From positions 195,672,001-195,736,000 of the forward strand of contig OZ024743.1 in the NCBI GenBank assembly GCA_964016885.1: a stretch of DNA of 64,000 bases, given 5' to 3'. Both the position numbers and the translations under genes were made by a program. Below, piece after piece: positions 26,700 through 41,201 of the stretch (its first letter is position 1; each line of letters opens with the position of its first letter). Source of the stretch: Eledone cirrhosa. Taxonomy: Eukaryota. A model generated the notes under the pieces. The model made no database searches, had not been told where the DNA came from, and worked only from the letters and a program-made list of their open reading frames with translations.

Positions 26700-27330
26700 G
26701 GAGACTTGATCAATCAGTTAAAATGGAATACCATAGGATTTGATTGAAAATGTCGTAGCGTAATGGTTGGATGAGTAGTCGCGATACATTAGTGATAAAT
26801 CTATCTGATGGGTCAAGGAATTGAGATGAGAAACACACCATGAGTATTTGAAGTGCCTGTCTGGAAAACGCGTAACAAAAGAACCTAATTGGTGTAGAGA
26901 TTTGATGAATGCGAATAATTAGGAATCCTCATTGTTGATATCAGTGTGAGTGAAAGCCAAAAATATTGTAGGTGGTGAAGTCACCGAGGATGATGATTTT
27001 AAAGTAGGGTGAGGTGATGTATATGTGGTTAAGCAAGAGAAAATATTGTTGAAACGTTGTTGTTGGTTTGAATAGTTCGTGATCGATAGAGGATGTAAGT
27101 GTATATAAAAGAGAGAAAGAGTTAAACTTTGAGTCAGTGTAAGTAGCAGTCCTTGCTGCTAATTGAGAGAGTTGAGGGACATGGAGTATAGAATTTGCAT
27201 TCCTGCAGATACTAGCTTTGAGTATAGAGAGTAGCCTGTGGATGGGATAATGACTTTGGAAAAGATAAGAGAGATATAACTGTCGAGAGGAATAGAATCT
27301 GCAGTTTGGGCGCCAGTAAGCTTTGAAGTG
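26700..27330 (-). pseudogene. Highly decayed LINE APE-endonuclease remnant
   Basis: Minus-strand relics YRS, GDF, TRFPD and LD appear in the expected order, broken by many stops. Confidence 0.4.
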
Positions 27331-29403
27331 TGTGGTCTAAGCTGAATCAGAATTTACGGTTAATAGTGAAGAGGAGGAAGAAATACCCAGCATGTTTAGG
27401 CTTATTTTCTGGTCACCTAGAAAAACACAAATGTCAATGTGCCGTAAGATCATACTAAAGACAAACCCATTTAGGAGCCTCGTTCGAATTCTTGTTGGTT
27501 ATGTTTCATGGATTATACATTCCCCAAATTGGTGATGCCTTTTTTACATTTCAGAAAACATTCGCTTGTGTTACATCCTCAACAATAACGCTTTTCGAGA
27601 ATTCGTTTTAGCTATAGATATGGATTTATTACGATTATGAAACATATATTGAAAGTAGAAATGTTATCTGTCGAAACTTGTAACAACTTATGTCATATTC
27701 TTAAAATATTCCAAATATTATTAAATACTAAACAAATCATTAATGTAAATGTATTTATTTCAGTTAAGAAATTACTGTTATATATAAATTAGATACATTG
27801 TGTTACAAGTTACATTTGACAAATGTTTCTCTTTTCTTATTTATTTTAATTCCATTTAGTCTTCGTATTCAACATTACTCCTGCTCTCTCAAAAGGAAAT
27901 AATTTAAACACATCTCAAAGTGTTATATAGATGTTGATCTCAAGAAACTAAATATTCATTGAATTGAAACGAATTTGACGCTTTAGTTCTCTTTCCAGTA
28001 ATTTGTAATGCCAATAACACTAGACTTTTTCGTGAACTGAGTAATTTGTTTCTTCTCTATCTGTGTTTTCGACGTGTTTTCTTCTTTGATACTTCAAAAG
28101 AACTTAAAGAACATTAATATTCACCTCTTTCAAACTTAACAGCTTCTCAACATGCGTGTCTAACAATTAAACACACACAGAAAGGCATTTCTTTGTAAAC
28201 ATATCACGGTCTTCTGAAGAGAAATAAGCACTTCTTGTACTTATTTGTCGGCCTTTCTTCGCTAAGATGTACTGAAAGATTATTCAATAATGAACCAAAA
28301 TCCACAAGGTCATTTTACTAGAAATACTTCCGTGAAACATGGTTATTTCACCAATAGCTTGACATGCAGATAACATCTATTTAATTCAATGATCTGACGT
28401 GAAAATATTCATTTTGCATTTGAAGGAAACAGAAAACATCTTAGTTGGGAAAGGCTATCAATGTCGTAGAAATCATATCTAAGATTTTAATTATTTCTAT
28501 GTTGCGGAAATACATTACTCTTGAATGACCTTGATTAGTCTCACTACATTGCATGGGAAGAATTTAAAATTTCAATTTATTTCGTTATTCATAAGTGTGT
28601 TTCTTGTTGTCACATTTTATCTGAGATTTATGTTGGTATACTACCAAGTTATCCAGCGACTCCCCGATTGTATAACCAATTACACTAAACGCTTTCACAC
28701 ACCCTTATGTGTATGTACATAACCCGCACACATACATGAAGAACTCCAATATATTCTTGCTTTTAAATCTCTATGGTTATTCATATCTTTATGTCAACGT
28801 ATCACCAATAGTAATAATTTAATATAAAACTCCATAATACTGCAAAACACATTAAATCCTCCTTCTCTGGTTTTCAAACTTTCTAATAAGTAAAGATTCA
28901 ATTAGAGACGAAGCACTAATAATTACCTCCGGTATCCCAGTAAACAAGCAGTGTGATACAAGTATACCTATCTTCTATCGTGTAGTATATTATCAAAGTG
29001 TAAGGAAGTATAATGTGGACACCGAAGTTTGAAGCAGAAAATTTGTAATTGCTGATGGGTATATTTCTTACAAAATGCGATAATTCTTTTCTAATTCAGT
29101 AGAGATAATTCCATTTATTACAGAATATTAGCCATAACAACTGGTGGTACATTGCCCAGGACGCCATTCAGTGGGTTTCTAAATTGATGCAGGATATATT
29201 ATTATATACTACTAACAGAAACAACGCCCTACGGCGGTTTTCTACTACTATATATAATGTGTGTGTGAAAGAAAGAGAAAGAGAGGATATAAATATATAT
29301 ATATATATATATCCACCCCACTCTCCAGAGCGTGAAATTAATAAACATTCGTTGTACTGCCTCTCTGTTTTGTTCCTGTTCAAATTTTCCATTATATATA
29401 TAT

Positions 29404-30535
29404 AAATAAATAAATTAGACAATTATCAAAGTTGTGTTCACATCATTTAATAGCTGACAATCGTTTCTTCCAAATTCTCGTTTGGAGTCATCGGAGCATT
29501 ATCAATGTTTGTACATGTAATGAACCTCCTACTCAACAATAATATAGATACATATATATTGATGTTGTGAGCGACAGTTTCGTATTTACAGGGTGGAATG
29601 GATGTGACATATATTTTACGAGAATTTTACAAACATTCAGATTCAAATTAAAAGCACAGAGTGGAATACATGCAACAGATAATACAAGAGAATAGTCTAA
29701 TAATTAAAGAGGCATTGAGAAAGGATCTTTGGGAAAGAAAGAGTACATTAGCAATACATATGCAGGCGTGTAGAAAGTGCACATGCGTTAGTCATATATA
29801 TGAGAAGGAAATAAGCAAAGTTAATGTGCATATATAAATAAATACTGTATTTTAAGCAAATATGTTAATGTATTAAAATCTATGGTGGATATAGTACGTT
29901 GATAGTGTTTGAATGTGTGTGTGTTGAGAAAAACAAAGTTATTGCAGTATTTTTCCATTACATATGTTGAATTATATTTTAGTTAATGTTTATATTGAAT
30001 GTTTTAAGTTAGTTGAAGTAATGGATTGTAAATTAGTCTTATTGTATTCTTATTCATGGACTATAATTGTTCAACAGGTACATTTTCCAACGGTTAATTT
30101 CCGGAAGTGAGTAAGGGGAGCCAATGCGTAAGGAGAGGTAACTAGCTAATTAAATTCAGTTATTTAAATTCTTTGCTCTAATACACATTATAATGTGATA
30201 CAATTGAATCTCTATAACATAATGATATATATTTATACCGAATTTTAAATACAGTGTATTTTACTATAATACATTAAAGGTCCCTTTAGATTGTTATCTA
30301 TTCATTACTGGACAAGATATATGTTATGGAAAATTATATAGCTGTTTATATGTCCAAATAGAAATATCATTTGTGTAATAATATACATTATTGTTTTAAA
30401 AGTTGAATAGGAGGTTAATTACATGTACAAACATTGATAATGCTCCGATGATTCCAAACGAGAGTTTGGGAGAAACGATTGTCAGCTATTAAATGATTTG
30501 AACACAACTTTGATAATTGTCTAATTTATTTATTT
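29404..30535. repeat. ~134-bp inverted repeat pair enclosing ~865 bp (possible MITE or foldback element)
   Basis: 29404-29537 is the reverse complement of 30402-30535 with a few mismatches. Confidence 0.8.
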
Positions 30536-30650
30536 TCCTGCTCTGTATGTTCTTACATTGAGCTATTTCTCTTACTGGTAATACGGTAGTAGGAAATTAC
30601 TGACCTTTTCTGTTTATAGTTGTTTATAGTATATACATAACTATAAATAG

Positions 30651-30727
<77 letters not shown>

Positions 30728-32392
30728 TGCGGGAGCTATTGTATTTGTGTTTTCTAATGTTTATATACATGAAAAGGAAGATATATATATTTGACGTGTG
30801 AATGATATGTTTAATCTAATGCAACAAAATGACTCCGGTGTGATAAGCAGAGGCCTGATCAAATAGCTTAGCACGGCAAATCAGATTAGAATCGGATCTG
30901 TAAAGATGTTCAAATAATACAGTTTAGCAGCTTCCTTTTATACAGATAGACCTTATATTGTGTCCACAAAAACTGCTCGTGATTCAGCCGATTTGGATCT
31001 CACTATCAGCTTCTGTTCCTTTATAAATGTTATCTAATAATACCCAATTACTTGCACACATTCACATGTACAGTCTTTCGCTTCTTCACTCTATTCTTCT
31101 CGTATTGCTATATGGCAAATCTCACAAGGTTACTAAAGGTGCTTTGAAGGCAGAGGTTTTACAGAGAGTTAAATTCAAAACCAAAACTTTTTTCCTTTAC
31201 TCTTCCTTTTGTTCCTCATGCATTCGTGCATTGATTTTGCTGCAATGGATTTGTTTATGTAAACCATATGATTAGCAATTATATTATAAATTTTTGGCAT
31301 TTTAAAGGATGTTTGTATCAGTAATGTAGTAAATATTACGTAAATTTTAACAGTCACGCCAAAGTTTATATCAACTACGCTGTAGAAAATAGAAGACTGA
31401 CATATGCAGATTTTAATTTGTTTAACCTTACGTACAGAAATTAAGTGTTGGTATCAGATTGTATAGTTAACTATCTTTGATTACATTATGAATATGTGGA
31501 AGGCCAAAACAGATTTTATATTTATATTTACATTTTTATATTAGATGAAGACTAAGTTAAACTCAAAAACTCAAGAATCGATGGAACGAATTTAAGGCTA
31601 CGACAAAAATAGATGGCGGCCAATGACTGATGAAATCGGTAAATCTGATGAGGACACGTAGCCTAATGATTAAGGTGTTGGATAAAGAATCAGAGTGTCA
31701 TGAGACCGATACCTATACTGAGCAACGCATTGTGTTCATATGCTGATAATTTCATTTTAAGTTGCACCTTCTGCCAGGGGTTGCTACTTTAATATGGTGT
31801 TTCCAAGTTTGAATATATATGCTGACCTCATGGCGAGGCGAGTAAATAGAAGCCTTATCATTATCAATATTGCTATTGTTATTGTTTACATATTATATCG
31901 TTATTATAATATTATAAGAACAATTCATGATTATCAATGCACTATGCACACATTAATAACAGTATAGATGAAGTATTATGTTTGTCTATTTGTTACTAAG
32001 TCGATAATGATCTGTCAATCAGGCAATTTAATGTTATTTTTATTAAGTTTGGAAATTTTAAAAATCTAATTTGCTATGATTTATGGTATTTGGGCAAAGG
32101 TCTAAGGGAATTTGTTGATTCTTTTAAGAATTATTCCCTTCGTACAAAGAGCATGTGATGTTTAAGATAACCAATATTTAGAAAGCAACGTACTCGTAAA
32201 TTGAGTTCAAATCGCAAATGAAGGCATACTTTGATGTTGGCAATTAATGCAATATATATTTCTGTTATATAGTTACGCATGTGTCTTCATCAAATACACA
32301 TACACTCATAAGTGTAGTTATGCAAACATGGGGACGTGTCACTGGTCAGGTATTACCATCCAGTTGTGATACCAGCAGATATATATGCACAC

Positions 32393-32465
<73 letters not shown>

Positions 32466-32888
32466 GAGAGAGATGGTTATATAACCAGTATATATATATA
32501 AATATATATATATAAACGGAAAAAATGAAACGAAATTTCATTTCTCACTCTTAAGTACGGCTGTTACTTAAATATAAGTATGTATACGTAGATACATATA
32601 TGTATACAGACGCACAGTAGTATGTATATATATATATATACATACATGCACACATATATATATGTACGTATGGATTCACCGAACATTTATTATAATGCTC
32701 GGTGTGTTTGTAAACAAACATCCCGAATTAAGCCGTACAGTGTCTAGCAACCATCGTTGATCATTTGTTCAACCCTGACAAAAGAAGGATGTACTAGTTT
32801 CAAGCTTATTAGCTATCGTCAGCAACGTATACCTTCCTGCCAGATGGTCGAACGTCTGAAAGTATAAACATTCCTCATGCATATTAAC

Positions 32889-33854
<966 letters not shown>

Positions 33855-34020
33855 AAAAGATGGTTAAAGGAGTTCCATGTATTTTATCATGCGCATTTCA
33901 AAAACAAACATCATCATGCAATAATATTTGTGTTTTCATCAGATAAAACAGGAGAACATGATATGAAGGCTAAAAATCACTTGTGGATAGTGCAGTTGTA
34001 AATCAACATATGTTGATATT

Positions 34021-34127
<107 letters not shown>

Positions 34128-35116
34128 ATTAGGAAAAACAGGCAAGGTGTAAGGAGAAAATTGAAGAAAGATTTATTGAATAATTTGACTAAATAATCTA
34201 ACACGTGTTTCGTTATTGGTTGTATAACCATCTACGAGAGCAGCTTAGAAATATGTTATCTCTACACACGTTTGCACTATGTCGGTATTCAGGAATTCCT
34301 CAGAGATTAATGAATTAATAAATATTCTTAGTTATATTTGTATAGAAATGGAAGAAGGAGGAAGTGAGGTGGACAGTAATCAATGGGTTTCAAGCATTCA
34401 CGGTACTAGTTCAAAGAGGACCATTTTAGGAAATGGGACTGGTAGATTATTTAATGAAATAAATCTCTCTTCAAATTTCTCTTCACTCCTTGCCTGTTTT
34501 TCCAAATATAATATTTTATACTAAATTTCTCCGCGAATTCTTTGATCCTCTACCGCACTCAAGGATATAACACATGGACAATAATATTACATGACTGCAT
34601 TAATTGAGAAATTATCATATGGTAAGCTTTTCTTTCACTATTATTTACATAATCATTCTACACAAATAATAATTCATCAACATTTGAAATTCCCTTATCT
34701 TCTCATATGTATAAATATATAGATATAGATATATATGTACATATGTGTGTATGTGTGTGGATGTGTGTGTGTTACAATTCTAAATGTGAAGAAACAATTA
34801 GGTATATTTTGTCTATTTTCTCTTCACATTTCTAATTGTTATATAGCTCTGATTAATTGATTATTTTTTTTAATTCTCACAGCCATTGAGCAAAATGGGT
34901 AAGGCGGGATACCACATACACACGCGCGCGCACACACACACACGTACACACACATACGCACACACACATATATATATATATAAACTTTTAGATGGTAAGG
35001 TGACACAAAGGAGAGATGGACAGTTTTCATTCGTCAGCTGTTTACTGCGGATCACGGATGTTTCGGCGCATTATAAACAGTACATCTATCCTTAGCGCGC
35101 CCATAGTCTCTTTTCT

Positions 35117-35145
<29 letters not shown>

Positions 35146-35150
<5 letters not shown>

Positions 35151-35266
35151 AAAATGTTCAGGACCCCGTCGGGGTTCTGAACCTTTTCCTATTACCCACT
35201 CTACTACCCAAAGTATCGAGTACTCTGGTGCGTTATGGGCGACCTGGTTCCTTACCACACTTCCTT

Positions 35267-35270
<4 letters not shown>
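35146..35270 (+). mobile_element. Hairpin-plus-tail element (family H), shorter hairpin
   Basis: 23-bp arms at 35146-35168/35170-35192 with 2 mismatches; tail homologous to 1651-1730; flanked by (TA)n. Confidence 0.75.
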
Positions 35271-35328
<58 letters not shown>

Positions 35329-36002
35329 GTATTATTAACGGCAGGTGAGAAAATACTCAATACCAAAGTAAATTATAAATATTCATTAAATATGTCTACC
35401 TGGTGAGGTTTGTTATATTTTATTCTGGAGTTTCACCTGCACACTCACAAGATCACCAGACACATATATTCTATAGTCCATACTTTACATTCTGTTATTT
35501 TATAATATAATATATTTCAATTTTCATAGTTTTTTGTTTTTCATTTTTCATATTTTCTAATCTTAATCTATTTTTATGTTTTTCCTATTGTCCATAACGC
35601 TGTCACTACCTTCACCAATAGAGTACTCAGTACAACCCCACTAACATTGGACATTTTACAAAACTCTCTTTATCATTAACACCCTTTATAAAATGTTCCG
35701 GTCTATTTCTATTTCTTTTCTTTTTTCTTGTCTCTCTTGTTTTTCCTTCTCACTTTTTTCCGCCTTTCTATTCTTTTCCATTTTTCATATCCACTCATAT
35801 CTCCTTAACATTACTATCAACCACTGACCACTAAATATATTTTCACCATCATCATCACCACCCACTAGCAGGAATTTATTCAACCATTTTATTTGTTTCA
35901 CACCATCCTGTTTTCTAAGTAATTCTATTTCTCAATAAATACTTTTCAGTAAACATCATTCAGCCGCGGGGTCCGTAGCAACAAAAGAACTGACTCGAAA
36001 AA

Positions 36003-36066
<64 letters not shown>

Positions 36067-36344
36067 CAAACCTGGACCATCACCTCGAAGATTCTACAAT
36101 ATCTCAGTTAGGTTTCCGTAAATCCGAAATTAACAAAATACGCTTGCAGTGTATGCAAGTTAAGTTTATGGAAGATTGAACAGTGGATTTACTTTCTCAA
36201 CATGCTTTTCGTTCTGACACCAATTCGGTTGTGCGGGAACATGTTACTCCAAAGAGAACTAACTCCGGTTTTTGGCGGTCAAATTCAAATGATGAGCAAT
36301 GGAAAAAGTTTCATACACAAACTGAAATGTATGTATGTATGTAT

Positions 36345-36580
36345 GCTTTATATCTGGAGATCTCTCTGCACTTGTCGTCACATGGTACCATGGGCCCAGC
36401 ACTATGTGTCAATAATTGTCACAAGTGCAGTGTTTGTACCAGAGTTTTCAAGTCGCTGGCTGGACTAAAAAGTCACACTCGTCAGCGCATCGGTAGGGGT
36501 TCTCCTACATGGTTATAAAGTAGTGGCCCTACTCGAAAACGAGTTGGCAGCCACCATGTATGTATGTATGTATGTATGTA
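36345..36580 (+). mobile_element. 5'-truncated family Y copy with (ATGT)n tail
   Basis: Matches 24565-24773. Confidence 0.85.
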
Positions 36581-36739
36581 GTCGATAAATTAAAAAAAAT
36601 TCAATACATTGATGTAAAAATACCAAGTCATATTAGGTTCACGCTTAGATGAAGTGATATATATGTGTATATGTATATATATGGTTGTTTACAACATAAT
36701 GATAGAGATATGAGCTTTTGATTACATCGTGATCGTGAT

Positions 36740-37230
36740 TTCGCAATAATTGACGCAGAGTCGTGGGGAATTATATTATCCATAGATTCAGTTAATGAAA
36801 TGTCATAGGGAAAAATAGGCTTTCTATTTAATGATAGTTTATCGAAACGAGAACTGCTTCAATCAAGAAAGAGGAGTCGGGTTAGAGATATTGAGAGTGT
36901 CATACTAAGAATAGTTATTTCCTACTCAGAGAATAATAAACAAATAACATTGATGTGGATAACAAGCTATACATGTATGGGAAATAGATGAATTACCAAA
37001 GGATGGAGAACAAAGGGAAATATCACGAGTGGAATCATTTAAAAAAATATAATTAGTCAAGGGTGGATAAATGTTTGGGATGAATCTAGAGATACGCACT
37101 TAAAATTTCAATCCTCTACATTCGCAACCAAAACTGATAAAAATTAAAATATATCAGACACTAAGCAATGTTAATGAAAGAAAAAAGCTAGACTATCCTT
37201 AGCTTCGAACTGGACATATACCATTGTATT
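36740..37230 (+). pseudogene. Decayed LINE RNase H region (I-group-like)
   Basis: Relics KQITLMWITSY..GN, QGWINVWD and LRTGH appear in the expected order. Confidence 0.45.
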
Positions 37231-37579
37231 ATATTTTATCACAAACTAGTCATAGAGAATCACCTATGCATCTGTGTATATATATGTTACTAGATATACT
37301 AATTCTTTATAATTATCTCCAAATTATTTTGTCCAGCAAAAATTGGCCAAAACTGCTACTATAGTAACGGTCCGGCTGCTGTCTTCTTAACAAACCACTC
37401 TTCACTGATTGACCTCGATGCCACGTGATTGATTCTTTTGAATTTGCCACCGACGCAGTAGGCAGTGATTTTTTCAATGGATTGGAACTTAGTCCACGGT
37501 TTGCTTTTTCCATCCACTGAATTATTTTTGTATAAGTTCCCTGTGTCCACGTATTGCCTGGAAACTTAGCTGAGAATGG

Positions 37580-37661
37580 ACTTCCCTGATGACGAAAGGC
37601 TTCTCCGTACGTTTCTTCGGAAACTATGTTTATTCCCTTTAAGAAACTAATTAGTTGGAGT
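37580..37661 (+). ncRNA. Type I hammerhead-like motif, probably from a PLE terminus
   Basis: ACTTCC-CTGATGA-(AAAGG...CCTTT)-GAAA-CTAATTAG-TT-GGAGT. Confidence 0.45.
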
Positions 37662-37693
37662 GAAAGTTAATTTTATAATTTTCTTATTTTACG

Positions 37694-37775
<82 letters not shown>

Positions 37776-38214
37776 GTGTGTGTGTGTGTGTGTTGTGTCA
37801 GTGTGTGTGTCTGTATGTGTGTGTGTGTGTATATTTTCCATTTTGACGTTATAGTCACTTATATATTATGAAATACTGTTGGTTTCTTGCTCGCATTAAT
37901 TTCTCTACTTTCATTTATATTTATACTCGGAATTTTTCCTAGAGTGCTTAAATTATTTGCGACTAATCCCGGTCTTTTTTTTTTTTTTAAACCGCGATAA
38001 TATTGCTATATGCTGAACTCCATACTTTTGTAGAGTTTTCTTCGGAATATGTTGACTGCTGTTTCTTGTAAACAGACATTCGTCTCATTCTGACGTCACC
38101 AGCCATGTTTCTCCATGTGTGTTTATTTTCATAATTCCACACGAGGTGAACTAGCCTGCTTTTAAATTCCCTTTCTTACATATTTTGGCAGTGGTATTTT
38201 GGTTATCGTGTTGA

Positions 38215-38295
38215 GCTCCACTGATGAACGGTTCCAACCGTGACTAATCTCACTGAAAGGTTTCGTGAAAAGGTCTTTTTAAGACTATATAGAGC
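38215..38295 (+). ncRNA. Type I hammerhead-like motif, slightly degenerate
   Basis: GCTCCA-CTGATGA-ACG...CGT-GAAA-AGGTCTT-TTT-AAGACTA-TA-TAGAGC; one mismatch each in stems I and III. Confidence 0.5.
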
Positions 38296-38586
38296 ATTGG
38301 CAGTTTTTCCAAATTGAAGTATGAGTATTTAAACTTTATTTTATTGTGATTTAAGACTCTATTGGTTTTTTCCCTGGATTTCACAAAATCTGTGGATAAA
38401 ATCTCTGTCTTGTTTTTTTTTTATTTGAGTTTGAATTATTTTCCCATATCCCATGTTAAATATTTTCCATTTTGACGTTATAGTCACTTGGCTTCTTGCT
38501 CACATTAATTTCTCTACTGTCATTTATATATATATATTATGGAATACTGTTGGCTTCTTGCTACAATAATTTATATACTTTTCATT

Positions 38587-38617
<31 letters not shown>

Positions 38618-39819
38618 AAAGAGAGAGAGGTATCATTACCAAAACTGCTATAATACTAACTAACTATTTGTGAACACTGTATTTTAAGATGAAGTTTCAC
38701 AACTACAAGCTTATTATCTCATTAAGTGTGTGTGTATGGGGGGGAATGGCAGAAAGTAGATGAAATAAATATATTATTGATATTTAAATTAGGTTGATGT
38801 ACTGAAAATTAAAAAATACTAAAATATATTACAGATTTTGACTACGTACTGTCAGCATCACTTATAATAATATTTTCTATTGCATTGTTGAATTATAAAT
38901 GCAACAGTCCACATATTAATATAATATATAATATCTACTATAATTTCATACAGAAGTCTTGCAAGTGTTAATTTCGAACAATGTATTATTGAATGTAGAA
39001 CAATCTATGTATTTAAGTGTATTGACAATGGTAGAATCAGTTAGATTCCGGACAGCGTTGGCAAGCTTTCGGTAAACTGCGTTGATGAGATACAAAATTA
39101 CCCAATGCCTCATATTGAAATTAATTCCATAGTTCACTAATATTATTCTTACTGTTTAGTAAACAGAGGTTTATAAAAATTCGATTAGTTTAATTAATCC
39201 TTTCGTTGTAAAGTAATATATTTCCATTTCTTCAATCTAGCACGCGCTACTCAAGGGTCATAACTTTGCGTGCGATCTATTGACAAACTATTTTCCTCGC
39301 TTACATAGATACAATAAGAGTTTGGCTATTGTTTAATTAATCTTATCAAAAGAGTTAGACGCAAAAGAAAGGGTGCATTTCTCTGAGATAAAATTACTAG
39401 TAATCCCTGTCTGCGAGAAGCTCACGATTCCTGGCTCGTGAGTCCAAAAGATACAATCGATTGGAGATGCCAACTAATCTCCTTGCATTGACTAATCTAA
39501 ATTTTGTGAAAGATGTCAACACTTCAGTAGACACGGCATTTATTGCTGATAGCGTATTCTATACAAATACTTCCTTAAGTTTATTGATTTCTTCATAATC
39601 ATGCTTCACCACTGTTCACACAAACGCATATATACATCGCAGCTTTGTCTCGATATTTCTCGTTCTCTTTCTCGCTACATGGATATGTATATTTTTCTGA
39701 GTCAATACACAAATATTGCAGTGTACTGCAGTTCTACTTTTATATATATTATATGCATCTATCATGTCACACACACACACTGACAGACATGCATATGTAT
39801 GTATATATATATATATATA

Positions 39820-40180
39820 TGGTGGCTTCCAACTCGTTTTTGAGTACGGCCACTACTTTATATCCATGTAGGAGAACCTCTAACGATGCGCTGAACGAGT
39901 GTGACATTTTAGTCTAGCCAGCGACTTGAAAACTCTGATACAAACACTACACTTGTGACAATTATTGACACATAGTGCTGGGCCCATGGTACCATGTGAC
40001 GACAAGTGCAGAGAGATCTCTAGATATAAAGTAATGCCTGTGCCGTGAAACTTTTATAGTGAGCAAAGGCACTGCACAAAGCCAGTCCCACTCCCTTAAC
40101 CAAGATGATATTTACTAAAAAGAAGAACAAGTCAACATCATTGGATACCATCAGGGTTGCAGGTGTTGTATCAGAGTTTT
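39820..40180 (-). mobile_element. 5'-truncated family Y copy
   Basis: Reverse complement of 24415-24773. Confidence 0.85.
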
Positions 40181-40189
40181 CGGGATGTT

Positions 40190-40812
40190 CGGGATGTTTG
40201 TTTACAAACACACCGAGCATTATAATAAATGTTCGGTGAATCCATACGTACATATATATATGTGTGCATGTATGTATATATATATACATACTACTGTACG
40301 TCTGTATACATATATGTATGTACGTATACATACTTATATCTAAGTAACAGTCGTACTAAGAGTGAGAAATGAAATTTCGTTTCATTTTTTCCGTTTATCG
40401 TTATCGGTGCCCCGGCCGATTAACTCACTCGATATGCAAATTAGGCTGCTCAGCCGTTAATATGCATAGGGAAAGTATTTACTTTAAGACGTTCAATTAT
40501 CTGGCAGGAGAGTATACGTTGCTGACGATAGCTAATAAGCTTGAAACTAGTACAGCGTTCCTTTGTCAGTGTTGAACATATGAGCAACGATGGTTGCTAG
40601 ACACTGTACGGCTTAATGCGGGGTGTTTGTTTACAAACACACCGAGCATTATAATAAATGTTCGGTGAATCCATACGCAAATATATATATATGTGTGCAT
40701 GTACATATATATATATATATACATACTACTGTACGTCTGTATACATATATATATATGTACGTATACATACTTATATTTAAGTAACAGCCGTACTAAGAGT
40801 GAGAAATGAATT
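40190..40812 (+). mobile_element. ~1.45 tandem units (period 429 nt) of hammerhead-containing family X
   Basis: TGTTTGTTTACAAACACACCGAG at 40195 and 40624. Confidence 0.88.
40516..40558 (+). ncRNA. Minimal type I hammerhead ribozyme
   Basis: Stem I ACGTTG/CAGCGT, core CTGACGA, stem II (T)AGCT-AATA-AGCT(T), GAAA, palindromic CTAG, UH = TA. Predicted cleavage after 40552. Confidence 0.75.
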
Positions 40813-41079
40813 ACGACCTCTTTTATACCATAAACGTGGTTCTGTCTTTGCGCGTAATTGTTTTTCACCGCTGCTATTAATGACGTATTATTCGTTTTTT
40901 ACCGTTCTTTGCCAGCGAACGTTACCACGAACCAAAGTATCGTCTTCCTGTCTTCTTCCGGTTGCAACGTTTTTTGAAATATCCAGTTCTGCGTTTACAG
41001 ATTGACTTTGTTAGTTTCAGAAGATCCCGTTAAAGGTGAAAGCAGCGATTCTTTGCTTAAACTTTAATCTGTTATTTTA

Positions 41080-41201
<122 letters not shown>

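Noticed and set aside
35390-35467. Minus-strand hammerhead-like layout CTGGTGA...GAAAC...GTA
   Set aside because: The core A6 is mutated and stems I and III pair poorly; at most a dead PLE relic.
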